Shown: one piece after another, positions 23,825 to 36,097 of the stretch
Numbering within the stretch: position 1 is the stretch's first letter
Layout of the letters: each line of letters begins with the position of its first letter
Assembly: GCA_964035575.1 (NCBI GenBank)
Contig: OZ037847.1
Coordinates: 1,364,001 to 1,428,000, forward strand
DNA: 64,000 nt
From: Rhynchopus sp. YZ270_cl-10
Taxonomy: Eukaryota
Direction of reading: 5' to 3'
The notes under the pieces: generated by a model
What the model was told of the DNA's origin: nothing
Databases searched by the model: none
What the model saw: only the letters and a program-made list of their open reading frames with translations
Position numbers and translations under genes: made by a program

Positions 23825-25386
23825 ATTTTTTGTTTTTTTTTTTTTCATTTTTGTTAATCTGTTGGGGTGAGGGAGAGGGGGTCCGTAGTTGCTGCCCACG
23901 CTGACTTTTCATTGCATGCCTTGCTTATAGGGTGTGTGTTGAAATTGGGTATCTGTGGGTATTTTTTTTGTGTTATTTAAGTGGTGACTAAAGCACGAAA
24001 GGCTTAGAATCATCTTTTATTTTTCAATTTTTTTCTCTTGGAGGGGAGAGAAGAGGTTCTGTGCATAGCTGTGCGCGTCTTATAATTAGATTGTTTTCCC
24101 TTCTATTTTCACCGAGATGTTATTTTTCTGGAAAAAAATAAGTGGATTTGTTCATATTTTTTTCTCTAATCTGTGGCTAGTTTTTTGCTGAAAAGAAAAA
24201 TAAAAAAGCAGCCTTCGCCCCTATCCCCCATTCAAAGGGGTCTAGCTATAGAAAGGGTAGCTTTTTGTCTGGATGGTAGATGAACATTCAGCACTTTACT
24301 GTCACACACCCCCACTTTTTTGTGTGTGGTGCGCATGTGTTCAATAGATTTCAACAAAAAAAAAGTTAAAGTAAGGGTGGTGCTTTCGGAAGTCGGTCAA
24401 CGACCTGTCGGTGACCTGTCAATCTCAGGGGGGGGGTGTGTATAAAGTCCCTGTGTCAGCGACCTGTCAATATCGACCCCTCCCGGAGCACCAAAGGGGG
24501 AAGGTGTCAGACCAGAGAGTTTCTAATGTTCCATTTCTGCCACCTTTAAGGCGTGAGGTGTGCTGCCTACGTCGGCATGGGCAATTGTCGATGCAGAAGA
24601 AAAAAAAGTGAACAAAAAGGGAGATGTGCCAAAACGCGTCCTATCCTCTTGAAGGCCACAACTGTGGACAGAAATATAAAAAGCTGCGCGCGCGTGAGAC
24701 ACATTCATCTTTCAAGTTATTTTTTGTCTTTTTTTGACACATGGTGAGGGTGCTGTTCAAAAAGCTATGATATGGTGGCCTTTTTTGTGTTGACCCCTCC
24801 CTCTTCTTTTTGAGGCATCACTCCGTGGGCTCGATAGCCCACGGAGTAGTGTCAGGTGCCTGCGTCCAAGAGGTGCTTGCGCTTATCAACCTTTGAAGGT
24901 GGAGACTCAGGATCACATTACAAACTTTTTTTTTCTCCCCCTTTTTTTTTGTCTGAACGCCCTGTATCATCATTCCTTCGTGTTCCACCTGCAAAGCTCT
25001 ATCTGCCAGTTCGAAGTATTCCGATGTCTCTAGTGTCTTATGTTTTTACTTTTACCTTTTTACTTTTCAGTGCCCTGCGTCCGCCGATGTACGGTTGTGG
25101 CGTTTTGCACTTTCCAATTTCTCTTTTTTCCTATTTCCCAAATCCCGGGCAATCAATACTTGCTATGTACTTCAGAGGTTGGCGCACATCTTCGAAGTCG
25201 TTTTTTCATTTATCGGTTTTGATTGTTTATTCCCCCACCACCACTGTTGACTCTGCCTATGAGAAGTAACTAAGCACCTTCCCTATACGAAAACCCCCCC
25301 ACCATATCCCCCCTTTTTTCCACATTGTGCAAGCTAATTCACACTCCTTCACTACATTTTCCAGCGATCCCTCATCTCCCCTCCCA

Positions 25387-27378
25387 ATGTCGCTTTTTGA
25401 ACCACAACAACGAGTCTTCGCGAAGTCATTTAATGAGGCAGTACCCGTCAAACCTGCAGTACCGGCAGCAGGGGGTGGGGAGGATGCAGTGTTTCCTGGG
25501 GCACCGCGGGGGCATGGTGAGAGCTCGTCAGATGAGCAGTCAGATCCGTCAGCTTTGAGCGATGCACAACAACAGCAACGCAGCTCTGGCCCACCGGATG
25601 ATGTGTCTTCAGAAGGCGATGTGGAGTCTGACAGCGCCGCACCTTCCGGTGATCGTGCACAAGGTAGTGGAGGAGGGAACCACACCCAGAGTGGACAACA
25701 GCAGGCGGCAGACCGCCACCGTGCCTCTCAGCTAATCGAAGTTCTGCCCCGTAAGGATAGCGTACTGCCGTTTGCGGAAACCCCACCTCCAGCTGCACCA
25801 CCTGACCCGATGGATATGGGGTTGGATACACCACCGTTGTCGAGGCAGAAGGAGAAGGAGAAGGAGAAGAAGGTTAAAAGGAAGGAGAAGGAGAAGGATA
25901 CAGAGAAGGAGAAGGGGAAGGAGAAAAAACGAAGTTCCAGCAAAACGCAGGAGAAGCAAAAGCAACGACATAACAGTGCTGCGATCATCGCGATGTGGTG
26001 GCAGGAGAGGCAGCAAAAGCGTGCTGCGGCAGAGCAGCGACCGCATTTGGACTCTCCGTTTTCTGTGGAGCGGAAGCTGCGTGAGGAGCTGAAGCGGGCG
26101 GCGCAGGCGAAGCGGGATGCAAACAAGGCGCGTCGCAAGGAGCGGCGGCGGCAGCGTGATGTGCTTCTCGCCAAACGCCATGCCGAGCGCGTCGAGCACG
26201 ACGCCCCCATCAGCAAACGACGCTCCAGTGCAGAGATTGCCGCAGAACAGGCCCTACACGAAAAGAACCTCCAAATGCAGCGACGCATCGAAAGCAACGA
26301 ACGCCGCAAAAAACGCCGCGAAGCGGACACTGGAAAACGCCGTGCCCAACTCGAACAAGCGCAAGAACAAGCAGAGGCCGAGCGAAAACAGCAGCTCGAC
26401 GAAGCCCGAGAACGCAAACGACAGCAAACCCTCTCCCGCATCCAGGACATGAAGGAGCGGCATAAGGAGAACGAGCTGAAGGAGCACTTCCACAACCAAG
26501 AGCTCCGCAAGGTGCTGCAGAGGCGACCCCTGCACGAAGTCAACCAACGTGCCGACGAAGTACGCAGAGAGGAAGAGCGGCAGCAACTTGAAGCACTCAG
26601 GAAGAAGCGCGCACTCCACGAAGACCTGATGACCGGCATCCACTCGCACCAACGCTGGCACCAAGAACGATACCTCAAGGAGCGTCAGGGGCGGATCGAC
26701 AATGCGGCCAGCCCACACGCCAACGCACCATCCCCAAGCTACTATTCGGGTCAGGCACATGAACTCCTTGTAAAAGAACGCCACGAGATGAAACGGCAGG
26801 AGGAGTTGAAGCACCATGAACAGGAACTGCGGAGGGAACGCATGAATAAGTTCTCTGAGCTTGTCAAGGTCATGTACGCACCACAGGGGCATGTGGCAGA
26901 AGAGTTGAAGAAGCTCCCACCACTGCCTGCGCCTGCACAACAGCCGCACCCAGAAACCGTCGTGAAAAAGCTTGGCAACGAATACATGCGTGCAGGGAAC
27001 AATATTGCCAAAGCGCACCCAAAACAAAGTGACGACAGTGAGCCTGTCCATCGTCGCAACACACGTGGTGTCCTCGGGGATAAGTATATGCGCTATGCAC
27101 AAAAGCACGCCAAGCCACTCCACCAAGCGCACTACGACTCGGAAGAACGTACCAAAGAGCTGCGCCAGCTTAGAAAGAAAGCAACACGGCTTACAACATG
27201 TCTCGGAGGCATGTTGGACGATGAATCGGTATGGATTTTTTAAGATGAACAAAAAAAAGAGGGGGTATGGGGAGAGAGTCACACCAAATAACAAATAACG
27301 CAACAGAATGACGGCGACCAGTACTTCGATGCAATCCTTGCCAAGATGGACCTCCTAAAAGCTCTCAATAGTGAATGA
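25387..27378 (+). CDS. Charged coiled-coil hypothetical protein; join(25387..27228,27307..27378)
   Basis: Long E/K/R/Q-rich ORF with first ATG at 25387. A phase-0 GT-AG intron leads to the last exon NDGDQYFDAILAKMDLLKALNSE*. Confidence 0.8.
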
Positions 27379-28299
27379 ATGTATTTGTGGTGTGCATTTT
27401 TTTTTCTTACATAAGCGCACCACAGGCATTTCTCTTTCAAGTATTCTCTTTTGTTTGTCTTTTCTCTTTTTGTATTGGGATCCTTTCTTGTCTTTTTGTT
27501 GCCACTTTTTTTTGTTTTTGTTTTTCTTTTTTGTATTCTCCTTCTCGAAAGAGCTGGAAGCTGATTACCCCACACTGAGAGAACAGGCGGGAGCAAGAAA
27601 AACGGTGTGGTGTATATTGTACGACGATGAATCAACTTTTGTTTCTTGTGGTCGGAGTTGGGGGGTTGGGAGGGGGTGGCACGACAGTGTAAATTTTCTG
27701 CACTATCAACTTCACTTTTGGTTTGCTTTGCTTCTTGGCCTTTGTCCCATTTTTTTTTTTCTCTTTTCTGGAAAATTAGCGACACACTGTGTTGACAATT
27801 CTCCAACTTTTCTGCCTGCAATTTTTGCCGCATGGTTTGTTGTGCTTTGCTTTGCTTTGCCGGGGCTGTACCTTTGTTTTTCTGTACGATCTATCTTTTG
27901 TGCATTTTTTTCTCTTCCAAAAACGGAGGTGCCTGCATCAACTACAGTTTTTTTTTTCTCTTCCAAAAACGGTTTTTGGGGTCCAACAGCTTTCCAGCTG
28001 TGTGACATGCCCAAATCCCCTTTTCTACCACACGAGGTGTTTCAGTCCATCTCACTTCCCCCAACCCTTTTTCTTCTTGCTCGAATGAAGCATTTTTGGG
28101 TTTCTTACATTACCCTCTCTTTCCCAGCATCTGCTGCGATTATGGAGAAAAACAAAAACAAAAAGAATAGCACCGCATCTTGGTGTCTCCACTAATACAA
28201 AGTTTCAAAAACCCCCCTCTTCTCCCTCTCTTTTTCCCATTACCCACTACCCCCCTACCCTCCTACCCAATCACATTACCATTTTAGACCAAAAATCCA

Positions 28300-29046
28300 A
28301 TGATGACGAGCACCCATGAGCTCACCAAACTAAATGCGATGAGGTCTTTAGAGCCTGCGGCGGTGATTGGGTTGGATTATTCGAAGTATATGAATAGCAC
28401 AGCAGACTTGGATCGAAACGGGCGATTGAGGGGAATGAGCGACGAGGAGTTGATCGTTTTGATACGCGACCGGGTGACGAGACGGTTCAAACACTCACGA
28501 CTTGCTTTCAACTATATGGTACGTGGCGCCTCGGCGATGAATAAGACAGCACAGCATCAACAGCCACGCATCACCCTAGACGGCCTGCACAGCTGTCTCA
28601 ACGCCTGGGACATCCCCATCTGCGAGGCGCGGCTTCGTAAGATCATAGCGATCTACGAGCCACAGCCGGATGTAGGGCTGGACTACACAGCCTTCGCAGG
28701 CATCCTCTCGCAAGAGTCGACGACAGATCTTAAAGAAAGAAGGGAGCTCAACGCATCGCTAGAAGGCAGTGGGGGTGGGGGTGGCAAGCCAGTGTCGCGT
28801 TCCACAGCGTCGGCAGTGCTGCAGAGAACAACGGCGTCGATTCCATCAGGGAGGTTTGCTGATTATGATAGGACTATCAAGGTGTGTTTGGAGAAATTTT
28901 TTGTAATCAAAATTCTAAATGAACCAAAAAAAATGAAAAAATATTTTTTAAAAAATCCCAACAACTATTCGCAGCTGTACGGATGCGGGAACGGCCTTGA
29001 TATCAACTCCGACGGAACAAACAACGGTTTCTTTGTCTCTGATTAA
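28300..29046 (+). CDS. Degenerate EF-hand-like hypothetical protein; probable in-frame intron 28882..28974
   Basis: ATG ORF with SRLAFNYM...ITLDGLHSCLNAW...IIAIYEPQPDVGLDYTAFAGIL (EF-hand-pair-like). An AT-rich 93-nt GT-AG segment lies inside. Confidence 0.7.
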   Translation: MMTSTHELTKLNAMRSLEPAAVIGLDYSKYMNSTADLDRNGRLRGMSDEELIVLIRDRVTRRFKHSRLAFNYMVRGASAMNKTAQHQQPRITLDGLHSCLNAWDIPICEARLRKIIAIYEPQPDVGLDYTAFAGILSQESTTDLKERRELNASLEGSGGGGGKPVSRSTASAVLQRTTASIPSGRFADYDRTIKVCLEKFFVIKILNEPKKMKKYFLKNPNNYSQLYGCGNGLDINSDGTNNGFFVSD

Positions 29047-29425
29047 ATTAAATAACCCCTCATAATCTCCAAAAAGGAGAGCAGGCGCGATGGGGGGGTA
29101 ACCCCACATCCCCTTCTTTCCTTTTTCCCCCTCCTTTCCTCCCTTTCCCCCTTCACAGAGGGAAAGGTTGGTCTTCTAACCCATTTTCTTTTTTAAATAA
29201 CCCACATCCATCTCCTTAATAGATCTAACAAAACGAACCTCCAAAAAACCCTCTTCATTTTTTTACAATCCAACCACCCCCCCTCCAAACCATAATTTTC
29301 CCTCCCCTTTCCCAGAGTTGGGGAAAAAAAAACACATTCTTTCTTTTAAACATCCCCCCGATTTTTATACGGCACTCTACCACCTAAAAACTTTTCTGAG
29401 TTTCTTTTTTCTTTTTTTCAACGAA

Positions 29426-30223
29426 ATGCAACTTTCCCGTGAAGGTCTTTGCCAAAGCGCGCTTGTTGCCGAGGCAGGTGCACGCTATCGAGACATGGCA
29501 TCTGCTATGATGGAAATTGCAGAAATGAATATCGGTCTTAGGGAAGGGGAACGACATACATTGGCCATAGCGTATGCGAAGGTTTTGGGTGAAAGCATTG
29601 CGCGGCTGAAGGGGCTTGATGTGCTTCTTGCTCGGGATTTGGGTGATGAAGTGCGGGCAAGTCTTCTCTCGGTTCGCGATATTGCGACAACAGAGCTTTG
29701 GAACGACTGCTGCAAAATCACTGATATGATAGTTAATCATCTTCTCCCTTCCGCTACATCATCTTCTGGGGAGGTTTTTTATAAGAAATGGCATGCTGAC
29801 ACACTGAGGTGCGCAGCTGCGCATACTGAAGGAAACAAAGCGCGAACCCTAACCCACGCGGCAACAGAATGCTATGAAACCGCGGTGCAGGCTGCGATGT
29901 TGGAGCTGCCACCTACCTCCTCTACGCGGCTGTCTTTGATACTAAATTTTTCGACGTTTCTTGCAGGGGTTCTTGACAACACAGAGCGTGCCTACATGCT
30001 ATCCTCCACAGCAGTGGAAGATGCAGCCTCCGAATGGCCTGCCCACCGCCGCACTGGAGGAGACAGCGCCGCAAAGGCAAGCCTCCTCCTCCGTCTCCTC
30101 CACATCAACTCCACTGCATGGAAAGCGCAATCTCCTCTTGACGCTGCAGGCGACACGGATACAAACGATGATAACAGCTCTCTCGGCTCAACCCACGATG
30201 ATTCTACTATAACATGGCATTAG
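29426..30223 (+). CDS. Divergent 14-3-3-like protein
   Basis: AEAGARYRDMASAM, ERHTLAIAY, VFYKKWHADTLR and ELPPTSSTRLSLILNFSTF match the 14-3-3 helix motifs. ATG at 29426. Confidence 0.85.
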   Translation: MQLSREGLCQSALVAEAGARYRDMASAMMEIAEMNIGLREGERHTLAIAYAKVLGESIARLKGLDVLLARDLGDEVRASLLSVRDIATTELWNDCCKITDMIVNHLLPSATSSSGEVFYKKWHADTLRCAAAHTEGNKARTLTHAATECYETAVQAAMLELPPTSSTRLSLILNFSTFLAGVLDNTERAYMLSSTAVEDAASEWPAHRRTGGDSAAKASLLLRLLHINSTAWKAQSPLDAAGDTDTNDDNSSLGSTHDDSTITWH

Positions 30224-30433
30224 AAAAAAAAATAGTTCAGTTTTTTCTTTGGTTGAAATAGGAAATAGAAACAGCGTTTTGAATACATTGTTTTGCGTCT
30301 GCAGAGACAAGTTTGAGGTGTTGTGTGTTTTCACAACCTCTCCCAAAGGGGGGTTTATTTTGGTGTGATGAGTGTTTCTATTTCCCCTCCTCCTTCCCTC
30401 CTCCCCACCGTCATTTACAGAAAAATAATAATA

Positions 30434-33400
30434 ATGGAAACCACAAAACCAGAGGAAGAAATCCCCAAAGAAGGAGAGGAGAGCGCACCAGAAGCTGAAA
30501 CACCCCCACTCCACGCACCTCCGAGCTTCCCTTCTACAGCCACCCTTGAGGATCTGAAAGAAGTTTTGACGGAGGAGGGAGAAGTTCCTGTTGTGGGTGA
30601 GGTCTTCTTTATTGCAGCATGGACCGTTTTTGCGAAGGTTCTGGTCAAAGGCGAGGAGCATACTGTAGGGGTAACCATCGCTGGTATTCAGGGCCCGCAT
30701 ATCGCATTGAACGCGGAGTACCTCAACCCTGTCAAGGAATTTCTCAAAGACAAAACACTCTTTGTCACAATAGACTACAATGAGATACCGTACTACCTGT
30801 TTGGCGATGTGCGTATTGAGGGTGCACAGTATTTGTCAGAATATCTCATAGCTGGGGGGCTCGCTCGGGTGTGCACCCCTGCCAAGCGGATTGATGAGAT
30901 CTGTGCAGTACCCACCCGACCAAGCCGATTTGGAAACCCCGAACCATCTGTGCGGGTTTCCGGGGAGGTGGTGGCCGTTCTTTCTGGGGACGTCGTTGAG
31001 ATGGAGGACTACGATATTGACACTTCAGAGATCGACAACAATGCGGTTTGCCCGCTTGCAGAGTGGTACCGTGATTTTAAGGAAGAGAGACCTAAACGGA
31101 TCCGCATCGTCCTCGAAGGGATCCGTTCCCCCCGGCAGGCAGGAGGGAGTGACGACATCTTTGCCTTAGAAACGAAGGACATAACGAGACGGCTTCTCTT
31201 CCTCAAGAAGGTCTCCGTTCATGTGACCTCAGCTTGGCATAGTGTGGAGGAGATTGGTGAGGTGCTGTCTGAGTTGCATGATACGAAGCATTTGCGTGGA
31301 ACCATTTTCTTTGCGGCAACGGAGGCTGAAGTGAAGGCAGCCACCCGGGAAAGTGGCCCTGCAAGCAGACAGGCCGTGCAGCAGTACTGCGCGCAGCAGC
31401 AGCAGGCCTCCTCCCCGCTCTCCCTTTCTGTCATCCTCGCTGCCATGGGGTCTGACGTCAAGCTAAAGGCAGATCTCTCCACAACACGGTTGGTCCCCTG
31501 GGTAGAACTCCTCCAACCAGAGGACTATATGTGCCCCATCTCCAACGACGTTCGCGACTGTCTCCGCTACAGTGCGGCCGCAAAGGTGCAGCGCTTCACC
31601 CGAGACCTATCGCACTTCAAATGCAAGGAACTCACCCCCTCCGTCTTCCGCAGGGACACCTCCCTCAAATGGGTGTACAACCGCAACGAACTCTGCGAGC
31701 AGAAGGGCGCAGAGGAATGCGTGATAGAAGACCTCAGGTGTGTGCTTGTCTCCGGGAAGTCGCTTCTCCGTGCGACAGTGTGCATCCGAAAGAACCTTCT
31801 CGGTTTGAAGCAGGAGAGTGACCCTACCCCCGATGATGCTCCAGTGCTTGCCAAGGAGATGCCCGGTGCTGTAGCTGATGGTGTGCACGATGTCGAGGAG
31901 ATGGTGACCACAGAGGACGCAGAGGCGATGGAGAAGGAGAAGGACGAAAGGGAGGATGAGGGGCATGGTTATTCAGATGTCTGCAACTATTTTGTGGTGG
32001 ATGTGTATCTGGTGGCCAAAGGGACGGATGCGGCAGACTGGGAGGCGGACGCGGCAGCTGCGTTGGCAACACCGCATGGGGAGACGCGCTGCATTGGGAT
32101 GGATTCTACAGTGGACCTACGCTATGTGAAGACGGTTGGTGGCAGGCAGCAGTTCTTTGGTGTTGTGGTTACCAGTGAGGGTCGTAGGGCGGAGACGTAC
32201 AAGAGGCATGATTCATTCTCAACGCTGACACAGGGCAAAGGGTTCGAGCATGTCGTCGCCAGCAACGAGGTGCGAGCAGATGTGCGCGACTTCCTCAAAG
32301 CCACCTTCAAAGAGGACAGCCTCATCGCAAAGGTCCTGGCGCACACCCGCGGCTGCCACCCCGTGCTCGACAAGGTCAGCTCAAAGTACCTTGCCTTCCA
32401 ACCTCGCATCCCAAAGGCAGCGAAAATCCGTTGCTACAAAGGGGTCAGCTCGAAATCCTTTGGCAAACGCAACAAAGTGTACCCAGAAACGGTGGACGAG
32501 ACTGTCGACGGCATCCCACGCCTCTCCAAATTCCAGTACGAACGCCTTCCCCCACGGCAAGGACAGTTCTCTGTCTCGCCCTTCGAACTCCCTGCTGGCG
32601 TCGCGGCGGCGCAGGATGGGACACCACGGTTCTACTTCCGCAACCCGGCGCTGCTGCGGCTTCTTGCACAGAACTTCCTCTTTGCCTTTTCCGGGAAAGA
32701 GACGAACATGAAACTCATGATCAAACGCGAGGGCAAGAACCTCTACTCTGTGCACCACTTGGGGTCAATGCACCACCTGGTTGGCGTCACGCAGGAGGAA
32801 CTCGAGACGAAGGACTCCGCCTTCTTTGGCGAGGCTGCCTGCAGGAGCCATGCCTTCCGCTTTGTGCCTCTGAAGAAGACTCTCTCGTATCACTACGGCA
32901 CACGCCCGCTGTGGACGAAAGGCTTTGCGGAGAAGGTGGCTGAGGACGACCCTCTTGAGGACCCACCGGTGTACACACTGGGGGGGAGCGGGCTCATCAC
33001 TCAGGGCGCACCGTTGGTGTACAAATCGGGGCATGCTGATGACGACGACGAGGGGGCACGTGTTCTGATTCATGAATCGCATGGATTTGAGTGGGGGCCA
33101 AACTACGGAGACCGCCTCCGCCGCGGCGGCTGGGTGCGTGTTGCTGCGCAGTACCGCTCGAACCAATCCCGCACCCGCCAGATCCTCCGCACCTACGGCT
33201 GCACACTCGAGAATGAGCTCTCCTTTCTCCAGAAGTCCCGCCGCCGCCGCTTCCCCCTCCGCTACCTCCTCCTCGTTTTGCAGGAGCGCGCCAAAGGAAT
33301 CCCCGCCAAAGGAGTGCTCGTGAACATCTTCACAGTACCCTGCGACCGGTATGCACCCCCACCAAATACCCCTCAACATCCCTTTTCACAGCGTCACTGC

Positions 33401-33809
33401 GGTGTATATGTACACGAACCTGCATCTGGCGATACAAGCCTTGAAGTCGCTTCCGAAGGATGTGCAGAAGGAGTGGCGGCCGTCCTCTGCAGAGGAGGTT
33501 GAGGCGCAGATGGACAAGATGCATGGGAAGCTGATGGCAAACATTGAGACGGTACTCCGTGACGTGGTGCTGTCGGAGCTGCATGACTACACTGCCGTGA
33601 ACCTCACCCTCATAGGCCTAGGAGAAGACCCAGCCGAGGACGCTACACGCACAGTGGTCACAGAAGTCTACCCTCTGGAAAACGAAGAAAAAGCACGTGA
33701 CCTGCAAAATGGTCTCTTCCAAAAGGTCGCCGCAGATCAACACAACTACACCCTTGACGCAAAGTTAAATCTCTGCGTCGATGATGAAGACGCGATTCAA
33801 GAAGGCTGA
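30434..33809 (+). CDS. Large protein with N-terminal staphylococcal nuclease (Tudor-SN-like) repeats; join(30434..33348,33392..33809)
   Basis: SNase-like motifs VTIAGIQGP...LSEYLIAGGLARV and GEVVAVLSGDVV...RIVLEGIRSPR...FALETKDITRRLLFLKKVSV. A GT-AG intron at 33349-33391 joins the 33351..33809 frame. Confidence 0.75.
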
Positions 33810-33967
33810 TTTGTGAAGGCGATTATTCTGAAATGGGTTAAGAGAAAAACTATGGGATCCTATTGTCTCTCATCTCCGTCACATAAGGGATACGATGTGC
33901 CGTCTGAGAGAGTTTCTAGCATTTGAGTACAGAATCCACCTTTTTTTTGTGATTGCCGATGCAAAAA

Positions 33968-34053
33968 TGGGTGATCTATGAACGGGGAGAGATTTTTTCA
34001 CTAAGCTCTCACAGCCTGTTACGTGTCTCACGGAGACGATCCTAGATCACCCA
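33968..34053. mobile_element. 86-bp TG...CA mini-element with 11-bp terminal inverted repeats and 5-bp TSD
   Basis: TGGGTGATCTA...TAGATCACCCA flanked by AAAAA/AAAAA; homologous to 40136-40251. Confidence 0.8.
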
Positions 34054-34882
34054 AAAAAGAGAGAAAAAACGAGGGAAAAAGCGTTGGAGAGGGGGGTTAT
34101 CTTAACTTTAAATTAGTTGCGGAGTGTCAGTGCCTGCGCCTCAGAAGCGTTGGTGCACTATCACATCACTTCACTTCCTTTTTGGGTAGGGTTGATGCCC
34201 CCCCCCTAGCGCACAACGATGAAGGAAATGAATTGAATTGTGGTTTCACCGTTGGCTTACAACGGTGAAAGCCACGAAAACCACCAAGTCAAGTCATTTA
34301 CTTCACTGTCATGCGGACACGGCGCGCATCCCCAGAATCTACTTTACAATAAAAAATAAAGGAGAGCAACTGGGTTTCTCAGGGAAATGTGGTGTGCGTT
34401 ATTTGGCAGAATACCTCGCACCCACCTCCCCCCTTTCTCGAATGGGTTGATGATGATTTTTTGGGGGTTCGGAAAAAGTGCGAAAAAAACGTATGCTGTT
34501 CCAACCGCAATATGCCTGCATGAGGTACATTATTTTCAAGTTTATTTCTTATTTGGTGACTAAGAAGCAGCTTATTATCATCTCGTCATTGGGGAGGTGG
34601 TTACGTTTTTGGTTATGAATTGATGCATGAAAAAAGCGCGTGGGGGGTAAAAGAACGGAGAACGTTGGACTAATAAACTCAAGTAAAAAAAAAAAAGCGA
34701 TGTCAAATAGACTTTGGATGGGTTGAGGATGCCCACGAAGCACGGCTAGATAGCGAGGCATGGTCGAGATAGCAACAACAAAAAAGGCGAGTTTGTTCCT
34801 TTTGCTTCATTTTTTTTTTGTATGGCACTCAGCTTTCCCCCCCCATTTTCACACAATCTTCCAGGAAAAAGAAAGCGAAACA

Positions 34883-35558
34883 ATGTTCAAAAGATCACTC
34901 ACGATGCTGACGTACCGGACCAGGTATTGCCTCCTATTATCTTTTTTGACTGCATTTTCTTCTCAACAAACGGTGTCTGTTTTTTTGCGGGTTAAACATG
35001 AATGTAGAATTAGGAAAACCCGAGGTAAGACCACCTCACACTGGTTATTCAAAGGCACCTTTTCTTTCCAAAAGAGATGTTCCAAAGCTTAGGTTCATCT
35101 TACTGATTTTTTCACGTCATCGTACGTGCCAAAATTACGAACTCCGGCTGAGGAAATGACATCATCCCTGACAACAAACTTGTAGAAGCCAGCGCAGCTG
35201 ATGCTATGCGATAACGAATATGATAAGGTGACTAAGCACGAGAGGCTTAGGATCATCTTATAAGCTTTTCTTTTCTTTCCAAAAGAGATGTTCCAAAGCT
35301 TAGGTTCATCTTACTGATTTTTTCTTCTTTTCTTATTATAATTGTTACTATTTTTGCAGATACGCAGAGCGTCTCGCGGACCACACCACCGGCCTGGGAG
35401 GACCACACTACATCATGCTCCAAACAAAGCTGGACGACTACCTCGAGCTTCTGATGAAGTACGGAGTGAAGCAGACCGAAATGGAGCGTGTGAAGAAGTT
35501 GGGTGCGCAGCTTGGGTTCAAATTCCCTGAAGGCAAGAAGAGAGCACCGAAGGAATGA
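34883..35558 (+). CDS. 79-aa small protein, probably mitochondrion-targeted; join(34883..34923,35360..35558)
   Basis: GT-AG intron 34924-35359 gives MFKRSLTMLTYRTRYAERLADHTTGLGGPHYIMLQTKLDDYLELLMKYGVKQTEMERVKKLGAQLGFKFPEGKKRAPKE*. Exon 2 has coding-like GC content, and the N-terminus is short and basic like a presequence. Confidence 0.7.
35223..35261 (+). other. Best-preserved copy of the dispersed sense-strand hairpin motif (module 1)
   Basis: ATAAGGTGA-CTAAGC-ACGAGAG-GCTTAG-GA-TCATCTTAT. Near-identical copies lie at 14535-14570, 54419-54453, 23983-24016 and 4868-4903, plus many degenerate ones. Confidence 0.85.
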
Positions 35559-36097
35559 TCCCTCCCCGATACAGCATTATAGAGTGTATTTCAACCCTGC
35601 TTGGACCCAACTCATCTTATTTCAGTGTTATTTTAAGGTGATGACACAAGGTTGACGATTTTTCTGATTGTGTCGAAAAACAGTGATCGGTAGTACTTCA
35701 GAGCGGGGACATTACCCAGTTTTGAAATGTGTGTGCGCTCAAGGTGCGCAGTTCAGCTTTCAAGTTTTTTTTTTTTTTCTCTTTTTTGATTTAGACAACA
35801 CTCTCAAGCGACCCTCATAAATATTAATGTATTTTCAAGGGAGGGTGCAATCTGGGAAAGGGAGGGAGGGGAGATTTTTTTTTTTGCAACCAATTCAGGT
35901 TCAACGAGAAAACGAATAAAAAGGAAAAAATACAGAACGAAAAAAAGAACTCCAAACCGCATCTTTTCTCCCCCACTATTTAAAGAATCTTGGCAACACA
36001 AGAGTAACGAGCCCATTAACTCCCCGAAAACCTCGCATTTTTTCTTCTTTTTTTTCCCCCTAAAAATTCAAATAAGAACCCCTCCACACACACACAC

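Noticed and set aside
27371..28195. 274-aa Phe-rich ORF
   Set aside because: T-rich 3'UTR/spacer sequence; the composition reflects poly-T tracts and no domain is recognisable.
35223..35261. SECIS or K-turn interpretation of the main hairpin (RTGA...GA)
   Set aside because: The inner stem is only 6 bp, there is no apical AA, and the 3' GA is replaced by GT or GG in most copies.
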